DNA of 64,000 bases from the human T2T-CHM13v2.0 reference genome, Homo sapiens. The position numbers were made by a program, and so were the translations under genes. Each line of letters begins with the position of its first letter. The first letter of the stretch is position 1. The stretch is taken from assembly GCF_009914755.1 (NCBI RefSeq), contig NC_060925.1; one strand, 5' to 3'. Below, piece by piece: positions 12,154-29,839 of this stretch. The notes below the pieces were generated by a model. That model searched no databases and was not told where the DNA came from. It was given only the letters and a program-made list of their open reading frames with translations.

Positions 12154-13248
12154 TAGAAGGTTAAGTGACTTTTCCAAGGCCACAAAACTGTGTACAGCAA
12201 CAGAGCCAAGTCCAGAGTTCTTTCCACTGTCATACAAATAGTTAGAAACAGTGACAGCAGATTAAACACAATACGCTAATCCATAGGTTAGTGGTAATGT
12301 ACTTAGAACATTCAGGTTGAAGTTATGTACATATCCAGGATAGCTACATAGTTGTGGTGGGTATAAGATAAGGTAGTGGAAGTTCCAGGGATGCAGAATT
12401 ATGTTTTAAGAATTTACTTGTTTTCATATAATTAAGCTGCGGTTTCTATTTATTTTTGCAATATTAACCTTCTTGAAACACCGATTTCATCCCATTTCTC
12501 CTCTGCTGAAAATCTTTACTCACTATTTGCCATTCAGGGCTCTCTCAAATTTGTTCATACCTTAACTATCCAGTTTTCTTTTTTTTGTTGTTTTCCCTTC
12601 TTCCTTGAAAGAGGCCCTCTTGCCTTTCGCTAGGCTGGTTTATTTTCTTTCTGCTGAATTTATACCAGTTATCCTCAGTTTCTCAGAATGCCTTCTTTTA
12701 CTCGTCTTTCAAGCTTTATTATTTATTGTTATTTTGTCCACCTGTTTTCCTAGGTACTTTTCCTCTTTAGGTGGTTGGTATTTTGAACTGTTTTAGCACT
12801 TTTTGACTCTTCTGCTTTGACACTTACTTACATCATTATAGTAGGTTATTTGTACATGTTCTACTTCTCGTCTTTATTATTTTATGTAAAACTATAAGCT
12901 CTAAGCTCTTTAGGACATGGATTATATTTTATGTCTCTCTTACCTTTCTTGTGCTTGGCCCAGTTTCCTCAGAGTACGTAGAGAGATAGGATGGTAGCGT
13001 AGAGAGAGTCAGACAGATCTATTTACAGATGACAGATGACTGCTCTGCTGTGGACTTGCTCTGTGACTTTAAGGAAGATGCCTACCTCTGTTTGAGTTTT
13101 GTGAAACGGGGATGATGATAATATCCATCTCACCGGATTACTGGAAAGATTAAGTAAAAGTATTGTGTCAGCCTATTCACTATCATAAACTGTGGAAAAA
13201 AATATGTACCAGTGCACAATTTATGTGTCCTTTTTTTATTTATTTCAG

Positions 13249-13307
13249 AAATCAGATCATACAGATGTTCTGTACTATAATATAAAAAGAAGACAAGGAC
13301 TGAAAAG
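13249..13307 (+). CDS. SWT1: SWT1 exon 4
   Basis: tttcag|AAA...AAG|gtaaat; KSDHTDVLYYNIKRRQGLK(R); 59 nt, phase 0-2. Confidence 0.92.
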
Positions 13308-14520
13308 GTAAATTTCTCCTTTTTCTTTTTACTGTTTTGGTTTAGAATTATGAGACTAAATATTTGGATTTAAAAATTTTTTTTATTTACTTTGAAGAGG
13401 ACTGCTTTGCATGCAAATATCTCTAGCTATATAACTGATTATGATTATAGAATTGTCTTAATATTAACTATATTTAAGAAAAAGTTGAGTGAAATAAAAA
13501 TCTATGAAAACTATTGTGTAAATGACACTCAAATGTGCATTTTAATCTCAAGTGATTTGATTTTGGCACATGATTGTAACATGCGTAACTTCATTACATA
13601 CACTAGTGAAGTAAGTTATGAGGCTAATTTAGAGATTTTGGATAAATCATTTTCATATATTACCCGTGAAGAGAGTATGTATCTTATAGAATTGATATGG
13701 CTTTAAAACCGTGTTGATTAACCAGTATGTGATTATAGCTAGAGAACTTGGGGAATGATGGTTGGAATAATGGAAATTATTATTCTTTAATTTCTGCACT
13801 TTTTGGATAAAAATTTCAGTGAAATTTTGGTGCAGAAAGTACTTGCTGCTAATGGGGATAAATAAGTATACAAAGTTATAACGTGTGATAAAACTTGGTA
13901 AGATCAAGGTTTCTCCAAAAATAAGAAGTTAAGGGAAAACAAGTAAGATGGCATTAAATATTACAAATAAAAGCTCTGCTTCCCAAACAATCTCAGTTAG
14001 TGTTTGCTAAAAACAAAAAAATTCAACTCGCCTCTGTCTTTTGTTCACTTTTTCTTCTGAATCATCTCCTGATACTTTGCTTCTGTGTTATTCTCTGTTG
14101 AAGTATATTCTTGCACTAATTTCATATTATGTTGACTATCCCTTGCTACATTTTTTGAACCATTTTAATGCCTTTTACACTGATATCCTTTTTTTTTTTT
14201 TTTTTAAATTTTAAGTTCTAAAACACTATTTGACTTTAAACTAGTTACCTTTTGTTTAAGGACACATTTTTTGGCCCTTGATATTATATCAATATATACA
14301 AGAGGGTAAAATATAAAATGTTTTATAAAAATCTCCGTATTAATTCAGCTCTAGAGAAGTTTCTGAAATTGGTGTGCAAACAGTGAAAGCCATAATACAG
14401 ATGAAAAATTAGAGATAATTTTATCATTTGGAAAGGCGGTTACAGTGCACCATTACTGTAATTCCTGTTCCATGATTTGAATACATAGAAATGTATTAGC
14501 AGTAAAAATATAAGCAAGAA

Positions 14521-14640
14521 GCTGGGCACAATGGGTCATACCTGTATTCCCAGCACTTTGGGAGGCCGAGGTGGGAGGAAGGCTTGAGGCCAGGAGTTTG
14601 AGACCAGCCTGGGCGATGTAGTGAGACCCCATCTCTACAC
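14521..14640 (+). mobile_element. Alu left monomer
   Basis: Alu left-arm text ending at ccccatctctac. Confidence 0.85.
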
Positions 14641-14645
14641 ACACA

Positions 14646-16882
<2,237 letters not shown>

Positions 16883-17675
16883 TAAAAACTCTGTTTATGG
16901 TTTGCTCTTACATAATTAATTATTTGAGAAGTCACTTGTTAAATGTGTCTCTCTTGCTGGGCTGTAACCTAATTAAGGGTAAAGACTCTATCTGCTGTGT
17001 CCTCTACTGCCTCTTGGGTGCCTACCAGAGTGATGGCACTGAAAAGGCACACATTTACTGATATAAATTAATAGATTGTGTTTGACATTTTTCCCCTTTT
17101 TTTCTCACTACAAAGTAATATCTACTTTTATTAAGCAGGAAAATATAATTATCACCTCTAGCTATTGCTGTTTCTAACATTTTAGCACCTTTCTGGCCTT
17201 TTTACTATGCTTGTTTAAGATGTTGAGACCATATTATATGTACAGATTTGTATCCTGCTTGTTTTTGATTTTCAATATGTTTTATGTCACTGAAGACTTT
17301 TCATAAACATCCTTTTAAAAAACTGTGATATTCCGTCATATGAATATGTCACTTTTTAAAGTCATTTCCAAAATTTTAGCAGTTACTTTGTACCTGATTG
17401 TTTTGCTATTATAAGTAATCCTGAATTAAATATCTTTTAATATTTTTTTCATGTGTGATTTTCTTCACCTTGGTATGGTTTCTAAAATGAGAATTTCAGA
17501 TGTAAAAAAATGACCATTTTTAGAGTTTTTAATTTATATTCACATTTCTTTGTGGGACTGTTATGTTGTTTTACATTTCTACCAGCAACATGTGAGAGTG
17601 TCCATTTTACAACCCCTTGCGAGTATTTGATGTTATTGTAAAATCTTTGCTAATTTGATAGAAGAAAATGGTATG

Positions 17676-18095
<420 letters not shown>

Positions 18096-18320
18096 TTAGT
18101 AGTTTTTGGTGAGCTTTTTATCTACTAAGGCTAGTAAGCTTATTAACATTATTTTGCTAGAAGTTAGTACATCTAACAAATACCATTTCCTAGTTCTTTA
18201 AATTTTTATTAATTTTTAATACGCTAAAGTTTTAAAGTAAATAGTCACATATTATCAGTGTTATCCTTTGTTATTTCTCCCACTGTTTTTAAGTTTGGGA
18301 AGTTCTCTATTAAGAAATCA

Positions 18321-18938
18321 GGTTGGGCGTAGTGGCTCATGCCTGTAGCCTCAGCACACTGGGGAGGCTAAGGTGGGCAGATTGCTTGAGCCCAGGAGTT
18401 CGACCAGCCTGGGCAACATGGTGAAACCCTGTCTCTACCAAAAAAAAAAAAAAAAAAAAATACAAAAATTAGCCAGATGTGGTAGTGTGCATCTGTAGTG
18501 CCAGCTACTCAGGAGGCTGAGGCAGGAGGATCTCTTGAGCCTGATATGTTGAGTTTGGAGTGAGCCAAGATCGCGCCACTGCACTCCAGCCTGGTGACAA
18601 AGTGAGGCGCTGTCTCAAAAAAAGAAAAAGAGAAATCGGATAGGCCGGGGTACAGTGGCTCACACCTGTAATCCCAGCACCTTGGGAGGCCGAGGCAAGT
18701 GGATTGCTTGAGCCCAGGAGTTTGAGACCAGCCTGGGCAACATAGCAAAACCTTGTCACTACAAAAAAATTACAAAAATTAGCTAGGCATTGTGGCATGC
18801 TCCTGTAGTCCCAGTTACGTGGTAGTCTGGGAGGTAGAAGGATTTCCTGAGCCTGGGAGGTTGAAGCTGCAGTGAGCCATGTTTGCATCACTGCACTCTA
18901 GCCTAGGCAACAGAGTGAGAACCCGTCTCAAAAAAAAT
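18321..18938 (+). mobile_element. Two tandem Alus (~18321-18630, ~18642-18938)
   Basis: Two sense Alu dimers with A tails. Confidence 0.9.
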
Positions 18939-19280
18939 GAAATCACACATACGTTCTGTTTTTCCTCACTGGTTTTTAAGGGTTTAATATGAAGCACAAA
19001 ATTATTATGATAATAATAATTATTTTACACTTAAGCATTTAGTCCATTTGGAATTTATGTTGTTTGTTACTATTTAAAGTTGTAATTTTTTTTTCCAAAT
19101 AGCAAACTAATTATTCTAACACCATTAAGTGAGTAATCCTTTCCACTTCATTCTTAATGTAGCTATTTCTACTTTTTATGAAGCTTAATGTCAGCCCAAT
19201 TCTGTTATTCTAACTAAAATGATAGAGTGCAACATTATGTATAATTATAATGTAACCTAGGTTTCTGTGCTGTTTTACAG

Positions 19281-20022
19281 ATTGAGTGTAGAAATTGACA
19301 CTCTCAGAAGGAGACCAAAAATCGGTTCTTCATCCCAAAGACCTATTAAACTCAAAGAAGCATCATATTCAAATGATAATCAAATTATTTTGCAGAGTCC
19401 TTCTTCAAATGGAACTAAAAAAGACATACATAAATGTGTAGACTTTAAACCTAAAGATATCAAATTGACAAATGCTGGGAGCAAGCTTGACCATGGAATT
19501 AAAAGCCTTAGTAGTCCTAAGATTGCCAGTGATGTGAAACCTAAAGCCGAAGGCCAGGCAAGTGAAAATAAATGGTCTCATTTACTTGTTCAGAGAGAGA
19601 AGATGAAAGAACTCAAGAAAGGAAGAAACAGTAAATTTAGAGACAATTCTGAAAAATGTGTCTTAGAGAAATGGAAGAGAAATCAATTTTCTCAGGATTA
19701 TAACTCCAACAAGATAATTAAGGAACCCTTGGGATCTAGAAGACAGAAGATCAGTTTCAAAATCCCTATAAAATCCCGTGACACCCTCCAGAAACTTGTA
19801 GAAGAAAATGTCTTCAACATAGATTCTAATAATTCGAAGACTAAGCAGGAAGAAAGAGAATACCTGGAAAGCTCCCAGGTTTCATTAAATGTGACTAGGC
19901 AGAAAACTGAACATTTACTTTCAGATTTTACATATAAGCGGACTGTTCATGAGTGGAAACGAAAACATCATTATGACCATCAAGAAAGTAATGATTCACA
20001 TTCTAGGGAAAACCTAACCCAG
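19281..20022 (+). CDS. SWT1: SWT1 exon 5 (large, basic low-complexity region)
   Basis: ttttacag|ATTG...CAG|gtaagg; inside ORF 19267-20031 (LSVEIDTLRRRPK...SRENLTQ); 742 nt, phase 2-0. Confidence 0.96.
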
Positions 20023-20109
20023 GTAAGGTAGTAAAAAATGAAGAATATAGGTTTTAACTGAGAGTTTATTAATATAGTTAAGTTTTTTCTGTATTTCTAT
20101 ATTTTTTTC

Positions 20110-20436
20110 TGTTTTTTTTTTTTTTTGTTGTTGTTTGTTTTTTGTTTTTGAGACAGGGTCTCACTCCGTTGCCCAAGCTGGAGTGCATGCAGTGGCACGA
20201 TCCTGGCTCACTGCAGCCTTGACCTCCTGGGTTCAAGCAATCCTCCTGCCTCAGCCTCCCTAGTAGCTGGGACTATAGGCACACATCACCGCACTGGGCT
20301 AACTTTGGTGTTTTTTGCAGAGATGAGGTTTCACCATGTTGCTTAGGCTGGTCTTGAACTCCTGGGCTGAAGCAGTTCGCCCCTGCTCAGCCTCCCAAAG
20401 TGCAGGGATTACAGACGTGAGCCACTGCACATGGCC
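20110..20436 (-). mobile_element. Alu (J-type)
   Basis: Antisense Alu with long T/TTG tail. Confidence 0.9.
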
Positions 20437-20916
20437 TTTTTAGTTGTTTCTATTACTGATGATAATCATAGATGGCTGATTCAAATTTATTCATGAAGAT
20501 ATGTGTTGGTTTCTTTATTTTACTCTCTTTAATTCCAACTTTTTTAGGAAGATATTTTGGCAGGTATCAAGGATTCATAATAGAAAGGAATGTGTAAAAA
20601 TGTGGTGAGAAGCAGTTATAGATAGTCCTTTGAAAAAAGCATTGTATGCTGGAGAACACTCGGGACAATATTCTGAATAGTCTTTAAACAGTTTATTTTT
20701 TTCAGTGTCACCGTGTACCAGGCACCACAATAAAATAGCTTGTAAGAGATAACACAGTTTGTTTTCAGGGACTTATTCAAGTGAAGAGAGACACAAGCAA
20801 TTTCCTTAAATAGGAAAAGTATAATACCTATCACTTAATAAGAGAATACACAGCAGGGGATTAATATAGCTTTGGTACATCATGAAAGAATTAGTTTAGA
20901 AAGGTATACTGGAGGG

Positions 20917-21222
20917 GACTGGATACAATGGCTCACGCCTGTAATCCCAGTGTTTTGGGAGGCCCAGGCAGGCAGATTGTCTGAGGCCAGGAATTCAAGA
21001 CCAGCCTGGGCAACATACCGAGACGGGTCTCAACAAAAACATAAAAATTAGCTGGGTGTGGTGGCGTGAGTCTGTGGTCCCAGCTATTCAGGTGACTGAG
21101 GTGGGAGGATCACTTGAGCCCAGGAGCTCAAGGTTATGGTGAGCTGATCATGTAACTGCACTCCAACCTAGGTGACAGAAAGAGACCTTGTCTCCAAAAA
21201 AAAAAAAAAAAAAAAAAAAAAA
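20917..21222 (+). mobile_element. Alu (J-type)
   Basis: Alu dimer with long A tail. Confidence 0.9.
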
Positions 21223-21610
21223 GATTTACTGGAGGCTGGAGGGAGTAACATTTAAACAGACCTAAAGAATGAGTCGAAGTTACTTAAGTGGAGGTGAAGT
21301 GAGGTAGAATGGGAGAAGCCGGGATATTTTAGGCAGAGGGAGCTACATGAGCAGGGATCTAGGCTAGAAAGCTTGGCACATCTATTTTGCTTTAAAATTA
21401 TGTAATGTAATTGCCATTTATGGACTACTTTGAGAACCTAATCTCTATAATTTTGTTTCTATGTCAAATAAAGTTACTTATCTTCAAGAGAACTTTCAGA
21501 ACTGTGGAACCTTGGAATTTTAGAACTTCAGAAATTCTGAAATGTAGAGACCACTGATAAACAGGGATGGTTAAGCCTACCTGCTTTTAGGTATTAAGAC
21601 TGTGGACTGT

Positions 21611-21911
<301 letters not shown>

Positions 21912-23898
21912 CTATGGATTGCAATGGTAAGATATTTCTTACGAAAAATGGAGGAATTATAACTAAGGAGGCCAGAAGAGCTTGGGAATTAGTATTTTTA
22001 GTTTAAGTGAACTGGAAGGGGCCCAAAGAGGGCAAGAATTGAGTTTGAATTGAGTTTGTTTTCACTGCTTTCTTAAAGGAAAGAACCTCCAGTTTTTCTT
22101 CTTGTGTTATAACCATTTCTCTAGAGTAGAATGAAAGAAAGGAACTTGAAGTTGCCAGTATGTTCAGTGATCATCATTGTGTCATTGCCTGGTTTTCCCA
22201 TTGTGCTATACATCTAAGGAATAGCATGAGAAATCTCTGCAGGGCGTCGTATGGTTTCTTTTGGTCTCTATGTAGAATTACTACACAAACCAAAAGAGGT
22301 ACATAGCAAGAATATTAAGTTGCAGAAGAAGCAGTTTTTCCATGACCACTTTCCAGTTATTGGAATTTAGACTCTTTATAAACTGTTCTCAGATAGCAGC
22401 ATTATCAGGCTTAAAGTCATTTAGACACAGAAACAGCAAGTAAATATTGTCCTTATCTTGTGTATATTATCTTCAGCATATTATTGACAGCAGATAATCA
22501 TCTTAATACCCTGTTTGTTTTTATGTTTTACCCACTAATTCCTCAGTAGATAATTATTTTCCTAAAATAATGAGTATACTTTACAAGGAAAATAATTGTA
22601 TTTTCTTTTTCTGGATTTAGTTATGCTTTCTAAAGGAAAAATAACTCTTTTGTTTCTTAGGTTTTATAGTTCTTTGATATAGACCCCTCTCAAATTGCAA
22701 ACCTCCCCCTCATTGAAAATTAATGTCCTAGAGATTTATAGTTTATCGGCTACTTTTAAAAACAGCATCACATTTAATTCTTACAAGACTAAAGTAGGAA
22801 TTCGTTCATTTATCAAACATCTATTAAAGGTACCTAGTATGTATCAGGCATTTTTCTAGGTACTAGGTATTTAGAAATGAGTAAGATGATTATTAGCCTC
22901 AAGAAGTTCCCAGGGAGGCAGACTAGTAAGTAAAAAAAATATGATTGTACTATAGTGAAGTAAATACCACAGTCCTACAAATTGGGTGTGATGTTAGTAT
23001 AAATCTCCGGGTGAGTTAAAGAAGGGCTCACTAAAGTGGTGGTTCTAAAACCTCATCTCGAAGGACATGTGGGGTGAGGACTAGATATGCTGTCCAGCTA
23101 GGGTAGAGGGCCAGTGTATGTAATGGCACAGAGTTGTAAAATTGCATGGAAGGAAGGTACATGAGCACATAGGTTGTCAGTATGACTAGAGTCAAGATGG
23201 GTAGAGAATCTATAGGAAAGGAAGTTGGAGAGAAAGCCAGGGTCTCTAGACAATGGATGATTTCGTATCATGGGAAAGACTGGTTTTTATCTCGTAGATG
23301 GAAGAGAGCCACTGAACCACAGTCAGGGAAATAATATAATTGTGTTTTCCATTTGGAATCACTTTGGTAGATAGAACCATTATTATCTTTGTTACGATAT
23401 TCCCTTTTGTCATTCTCATGAAAGGCTTTATCCCAACCTATGTATTTGATAAGGCATGGTGGGGGAGGCAAACAGTTAAATGCATTAACTTTTCTGGATT
23501 GTTCGGTGGTGGAAAATTCATTGTAGTCACTGTAGGTGGCCCATGAATAGAGAGAGCAAAGGGTAATAGTAACCAAAGGAAGAGAATAAAGAGATGTAGA
23601 ATGTCAAAAGCCACAAGTTCTGATAATAATCTCTGGCTTGTTTGGCACTTCTTAAAGAGAACTTTAAAGATCAGTGAGATTTAAAGTTATATGGAGAAGG
23701 GATTATGACTCTCAGGGTCATGGAATAGTAAAACTATAATGAGCCTATGTGTGTGAAGTGTGTTGTTATATCATGTGAGGTTTGATGTTGGGTGGAAGCT
23801 GATTTCCCAGTAAAGCATTTAGCCTGAAAGTTCAGGCGGAAGCTGAATTCTCAGTAAAGCATTTCTACGTATGATGTACTTGTTTAAAGAGTGTTTGT

Positions 23899-24322
<424 letters not shown>

Positions 24323-24726
24323 TCAGGTAGGTCTCATCCACTCAGCAGAAATGCCAGTGGAAAATTGGAATTTGGAGGGAGATTTTCAGACTTTGTTTGA
24401 AGACAAAATATAAAACAGAAACCCCTGGTGCTCTAACTACATATAATATAACCGTGCATTGTTCAGCTTTTCTTTTTTAGCCTTATTGTAATCCTCAAGT
24501 TCCTTCTGTTGTTTTATCATGTCACTTGTAGAAATGACTTAGTTGCTCCTGGATGAAAATTTTTCACCACTGAAGGCCAACTTGTTTACCTTTGCATTCA
24601 TTATTTCTCTTTTTTTGGGGTGGCATGTAATTTTATTCTTAGAATATAGTATTTTTATGAATCTGTATATGAAGAATTCTACCATGTTTCATGACTTGAT
24701 AAAATGGAGCTTCTCTATTCTAGGGA

Positions 24727-25251
<525 letters not shown>

Positions 25252-25298
25252 TTTAGGTTATGCTTTATTCTTAGCTAATGAAATTACTTTCATTTCAG

Positions 25299-25358
25299 AG
25301 TTTTGAAGCACCATGTTGTTCCGTGTCATCTGAAAGTATCCAGGATGCAGATCAAGAG
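25299..25358 (+). CDS. SWT1: SWT1 exon 6
   Basis: tttcag|AGT...GAG|gttatt; SFEAPCCSVSSESIQDADQE; 60 nt, phase 0-0. Confidence 0.88.
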
Positions 25359-25893
25359 GTTATTGATATTCTTGTTTACTTTGATATTTTTAATGAAATT
25401 AAGTCAGTTCCTACTTTTAATAAAAAATAATGACTGTAGAAACCCTGATAATATGAAAATAACAATGATGTCTCTATTTAAATCAATATGTAAGGTTTTA
25501 TGAAGTCATCCAAAACTATTCAGAAAAGTATACTTTAGTACTTTTTACTTTTGTTTCTAGTAAGGTTATCTATTGTGAACAAAGAGCATGAAACCAGTGG
25601 CCCACAAGTAATCTGAATTTTGATTTAATATTATGACACTTTCCCTGTTTATGCCTAGGGTTGCCAAAATGCAGTAGGACATTAACATGTTTTTACTTCA
25701 TTTTAAAAATCATCAATAAGATGAAAACATTATTCAATGAAAATGAGAGTACATGAGTGTTTATCTTTTTACCTGTTGCTTCATTTCCCAACCAGAGTCC
25801 CCTGACTGATCTTCATAGAATTTTATGTTGACTTGTCCTAAGTTAAGATGAGATTCGTGGAACACTTTGTAATTGTCTTTTTAAAGACTTTCA

Positions 25894-26204
<311 letters not shown>

Positions 26205-26853
26205 TTAATTGATTTTTATTTGTGACAGTCAATTGTATTTTTCTGTTTTGAGGTGCTCCTTGATAGAAGAAAGATGTCTCACCTCTGATCTAAAGCTAGA
26301 CTGTATTTTCATTTCTTTGTGTCACAATACATCAGAGAAGTATTTCTGTGAAGTGAGAATGGTTTTAAGATCTAGATTTCAGTTTATGATGGTTCATAAC
26401 AATCTTAGAAATCTCAAGAAGAATGCTTACTGTCAAGATAAAAAAAATTTGACTCCTAAAATGAAGTGAGGATTGGAATGAGAATGAACTTACTTTAATG
26501 TCTAGGTATTTGGCTCTGTGCAAGGAGCTTCACCTAGCTTATTTCATTTATTCCTCACAAAAATCCTAAAGGAAATAGATATTAAAGATTCCTATTTTGT
26601 GAATTAACAAACTGAGACCCAAAGTTGTTAAATAATTTGCTTGCATAGGTTATGGAGGTAAGAAGAAAACTATTTTGAAAACCACGTGTGTGTTTATAAA
26701 TCTTTGTTCTTTTACTATGCTCCTTCAGAGTTTTATAAAATTTTTTCTTTCCATAAACCATCTCAAGTGAATTAATTAAGAATTAATTGCTTTCCTCTCT
26801 TGTCAGTCTGCAAAGTAACTCAAAATATTTCACTGGGGTCTTTTACACTTTAG

Positions 26854-26965
26854 ATGCAGATAGTAGAAGAGCTTCATGCTGCACGTGTGGGAAAAAGTGT
26901 GGATTTACCTGGAGAGTTAATGAGTATGGAAATTGACTTAGAAGATGATGTACATTCCTCCTCTG
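26854..26965 (+). CDS. SWT1: SWT1 exon 7
   Basis: ctttag|ATG...TCTG|gtatac; [37 protein letters not shown]; 112 nt, phase 0-1. Confidence 0.9.
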
Positions 26966-27259
26966 GTATACCCTATATGTTGATGTGTATGCTCCCCTAT
27001 GCTTTCCTAAAAATTAATGTGCCAATATTCAATTTTTATAATATTTAGATGAAAAATGTTAAAATGTGCTCACTTGAAATGAATGATAAAGTAATAGTTT
27101 ATTTTTTAGGTACAGGAATTAGATCCAATATTTGTCTTATTGGTTTTACATATTTCATATTATTGGATAGTTAGATATTTTTCTCTTTTTCTGTCAAGAG
27201 GTAGTAATTAGAATTATGAGTTGTCTTTTATTCTTGCTGTTATAACTTTAACAATTTCA

Positions 27260-27626
<367 letters not shown>

Positions 27627-27721
27627 TTATATTTATTGATTTCTTATTCATGTTGTGAAATTTTGATCATTTTTTTTGCTACTGGGAGAAGATAATGATA
27701 GAGATTATCCAAAATCTATCA

Positions 27722-28060
<339 letters not shown>

Positions 28061-28169
28061 GTAATGCTACCTTACATTCACATTGCAGTTTTCATCTTTC
28101 AAGTGTTTTCCTATGTATTATCTGATCCTCAAAATGGTCCTATGCAATAACAATGCTAGAATTATTATG

Positions 28170-28489
28170 TTTTTTCTTTTTTTGTTTGTTTGTGGGTTTT
28201 TCTTTTGTTTTTGTTTTTTTGAGACGGAGTGTCCTTCTGTCATCCAGGCTGGAATTGGAGCTATCTCCACTCACTGCAACCTGTGCCTCCCAGGTTCAAG
28301 CAATTCTCCTGCCTCAGCCTCCTGAGTAGCTGGGACTACAGGCGTGTGCCACCATGCCTGGCTAATTTTTAGTAGAGCTGGAGTTCCACTGTGTTGGCCA
28401 GGCTGATCTCGAACTCCTGACCTCAGGTGATTGGCCCGCCTCGGCCTCTCAAAGTGCTGGGATTACAGGCGTGAGCCACCAAGCCCAGC
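28170..28489 (-). mobile_element. Alu (S-type)
   Basis: Antisense Alu dimer. Confidence 0.9.
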
Positions 28490-29150
28490 ATGTATTTTCT
28501 TTTACACATATTCATCTTTCAATTATATTCACTCAGGATATGTTAAAATTAGCTTATAATTACTAAGTGCACAACTACCGGTGATCCATGACAGAAGTTA
28601 GAAACATAATTACTCCCCAGGCAAGTCAGTTCATAATTTAAAATCCACCTACAAGCAATTTATAGTATTCTACTGGTGGGTGATTAAACATTGATTACTA
28701 TTCTTTCTCTTAAGAATCGAAGTAAAAGCAATTTTGTTTTTATTGTCTAAAGGACTTCTCTTAAGAATGCTCTCAAAAACATTCTCCATGGCTGGTTTTT
28801 CACAGTCTTGGCCCCAGGTTTCCCGTGTATTTCTGCTTTGCCAACCCTTACCTTCTCTGCCCACTTTGACTTAGACGATTCTCCACCCCACTCCCACTCC
28901 AAACAGGGGTTGCAATTCCTATCCAGAGGACCTTAATTGATTGGGGAGAAATTTACTTGGCAACAAGGATACGGGCCGGATAGATATCAGCTTGAGAGTC
29001 TAGCCAACTGTGTAAATCTCTGATACAGTTAACAAGACAAAGAGGCGTTTTAAATTTAATTGAATTTTCAATGCTTCTGTAATATCAAAATTTTAGTCAT
29101 TATATAAGTCTGTTATCAAGTGTCATGAAATATTTGCTCTTTTTCTTTAG

Positions 29151-29252
29151 CAAATAATACTTCAGACAGAAAGCTTCTAATTGTTATTGACACAAATATT
29201 CTGATGAATCATCTCAAATTTGTTAGAATTTTGAAGACAACAGAAGTACCAG
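29151..29252 (+). CDS. SWT1: SWT1 exon 8 (start of PIN domain, VIDTN motif)
   Basis: ctttag|CA...CAG|gtattt; (A)[33 protein letters not shown]; 102 nt, phase 1-1. Confidence 0.95.
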
Positions 29253-29650
29253 GTATTTACAGAACATATTTAAAGATTCTGATTTTCTTCCTTGAGTTGA
29301 TATTTTATATTAACAATGATGGGCTTTTTTTGCCATGAACATGTCTCCATTTAGATATGCTATATATTAAGCATATTCAGTGTTATAAGTTTATAAAAGC
29401 CTTTACAGGTTAAACTAGCAATCTGAACTCACTCTTTTTTTGATCTCCAAGAGTAATTATTTTTTTAACATTCTTTTGACACGTTATTTTCTTTTTAATT
29501 TCCATTTTATAATATATTGTCTCTCAATTTATTGTGAATTTCCTAAAGGTAGGGACTGTGTGCTTTAAAACTTTTACCTCTTGGACAGCAATTCCATTTA
29601 GTAGCTCAATAAATGTTTGTTAAATTCTAAGAAATCTTTTTATTTTTTAG

Positions 29651-29839
29651 GTTTTGACAAACTTGTGTTAATAATTCCCTGGGTCGTTATGCAAGAGCTA
29701 GATCGTATGAAGGAAGGAAAACTACTAAAACGTGCCCAGCACAAAGCTATACCTGCAGTTCATTTCATCAACGACAGTCTCAAAAATCAAGATAGAAAGC
29801 TATGGGGTCAGTCAATACAACTTGCATCCCAAAAACATT
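29651..29839 (+). CDS. SWT1: SWT1 exon 9 (PIN domain, [10 protein letters not shown] motif)
   Basis: ttttag|GT...CATT|gtaagt; [21 protein letters not shown]...LASQKH; 189 nt, phase 1-1. Confidence 0.96.

Noticed and set aside
23794-23864. Repeat-spacer-repeat resembling a mini CRISPR array
   Set aside because: Primate intron, only two repeats, no cas genes; kept only as a duplication scar.
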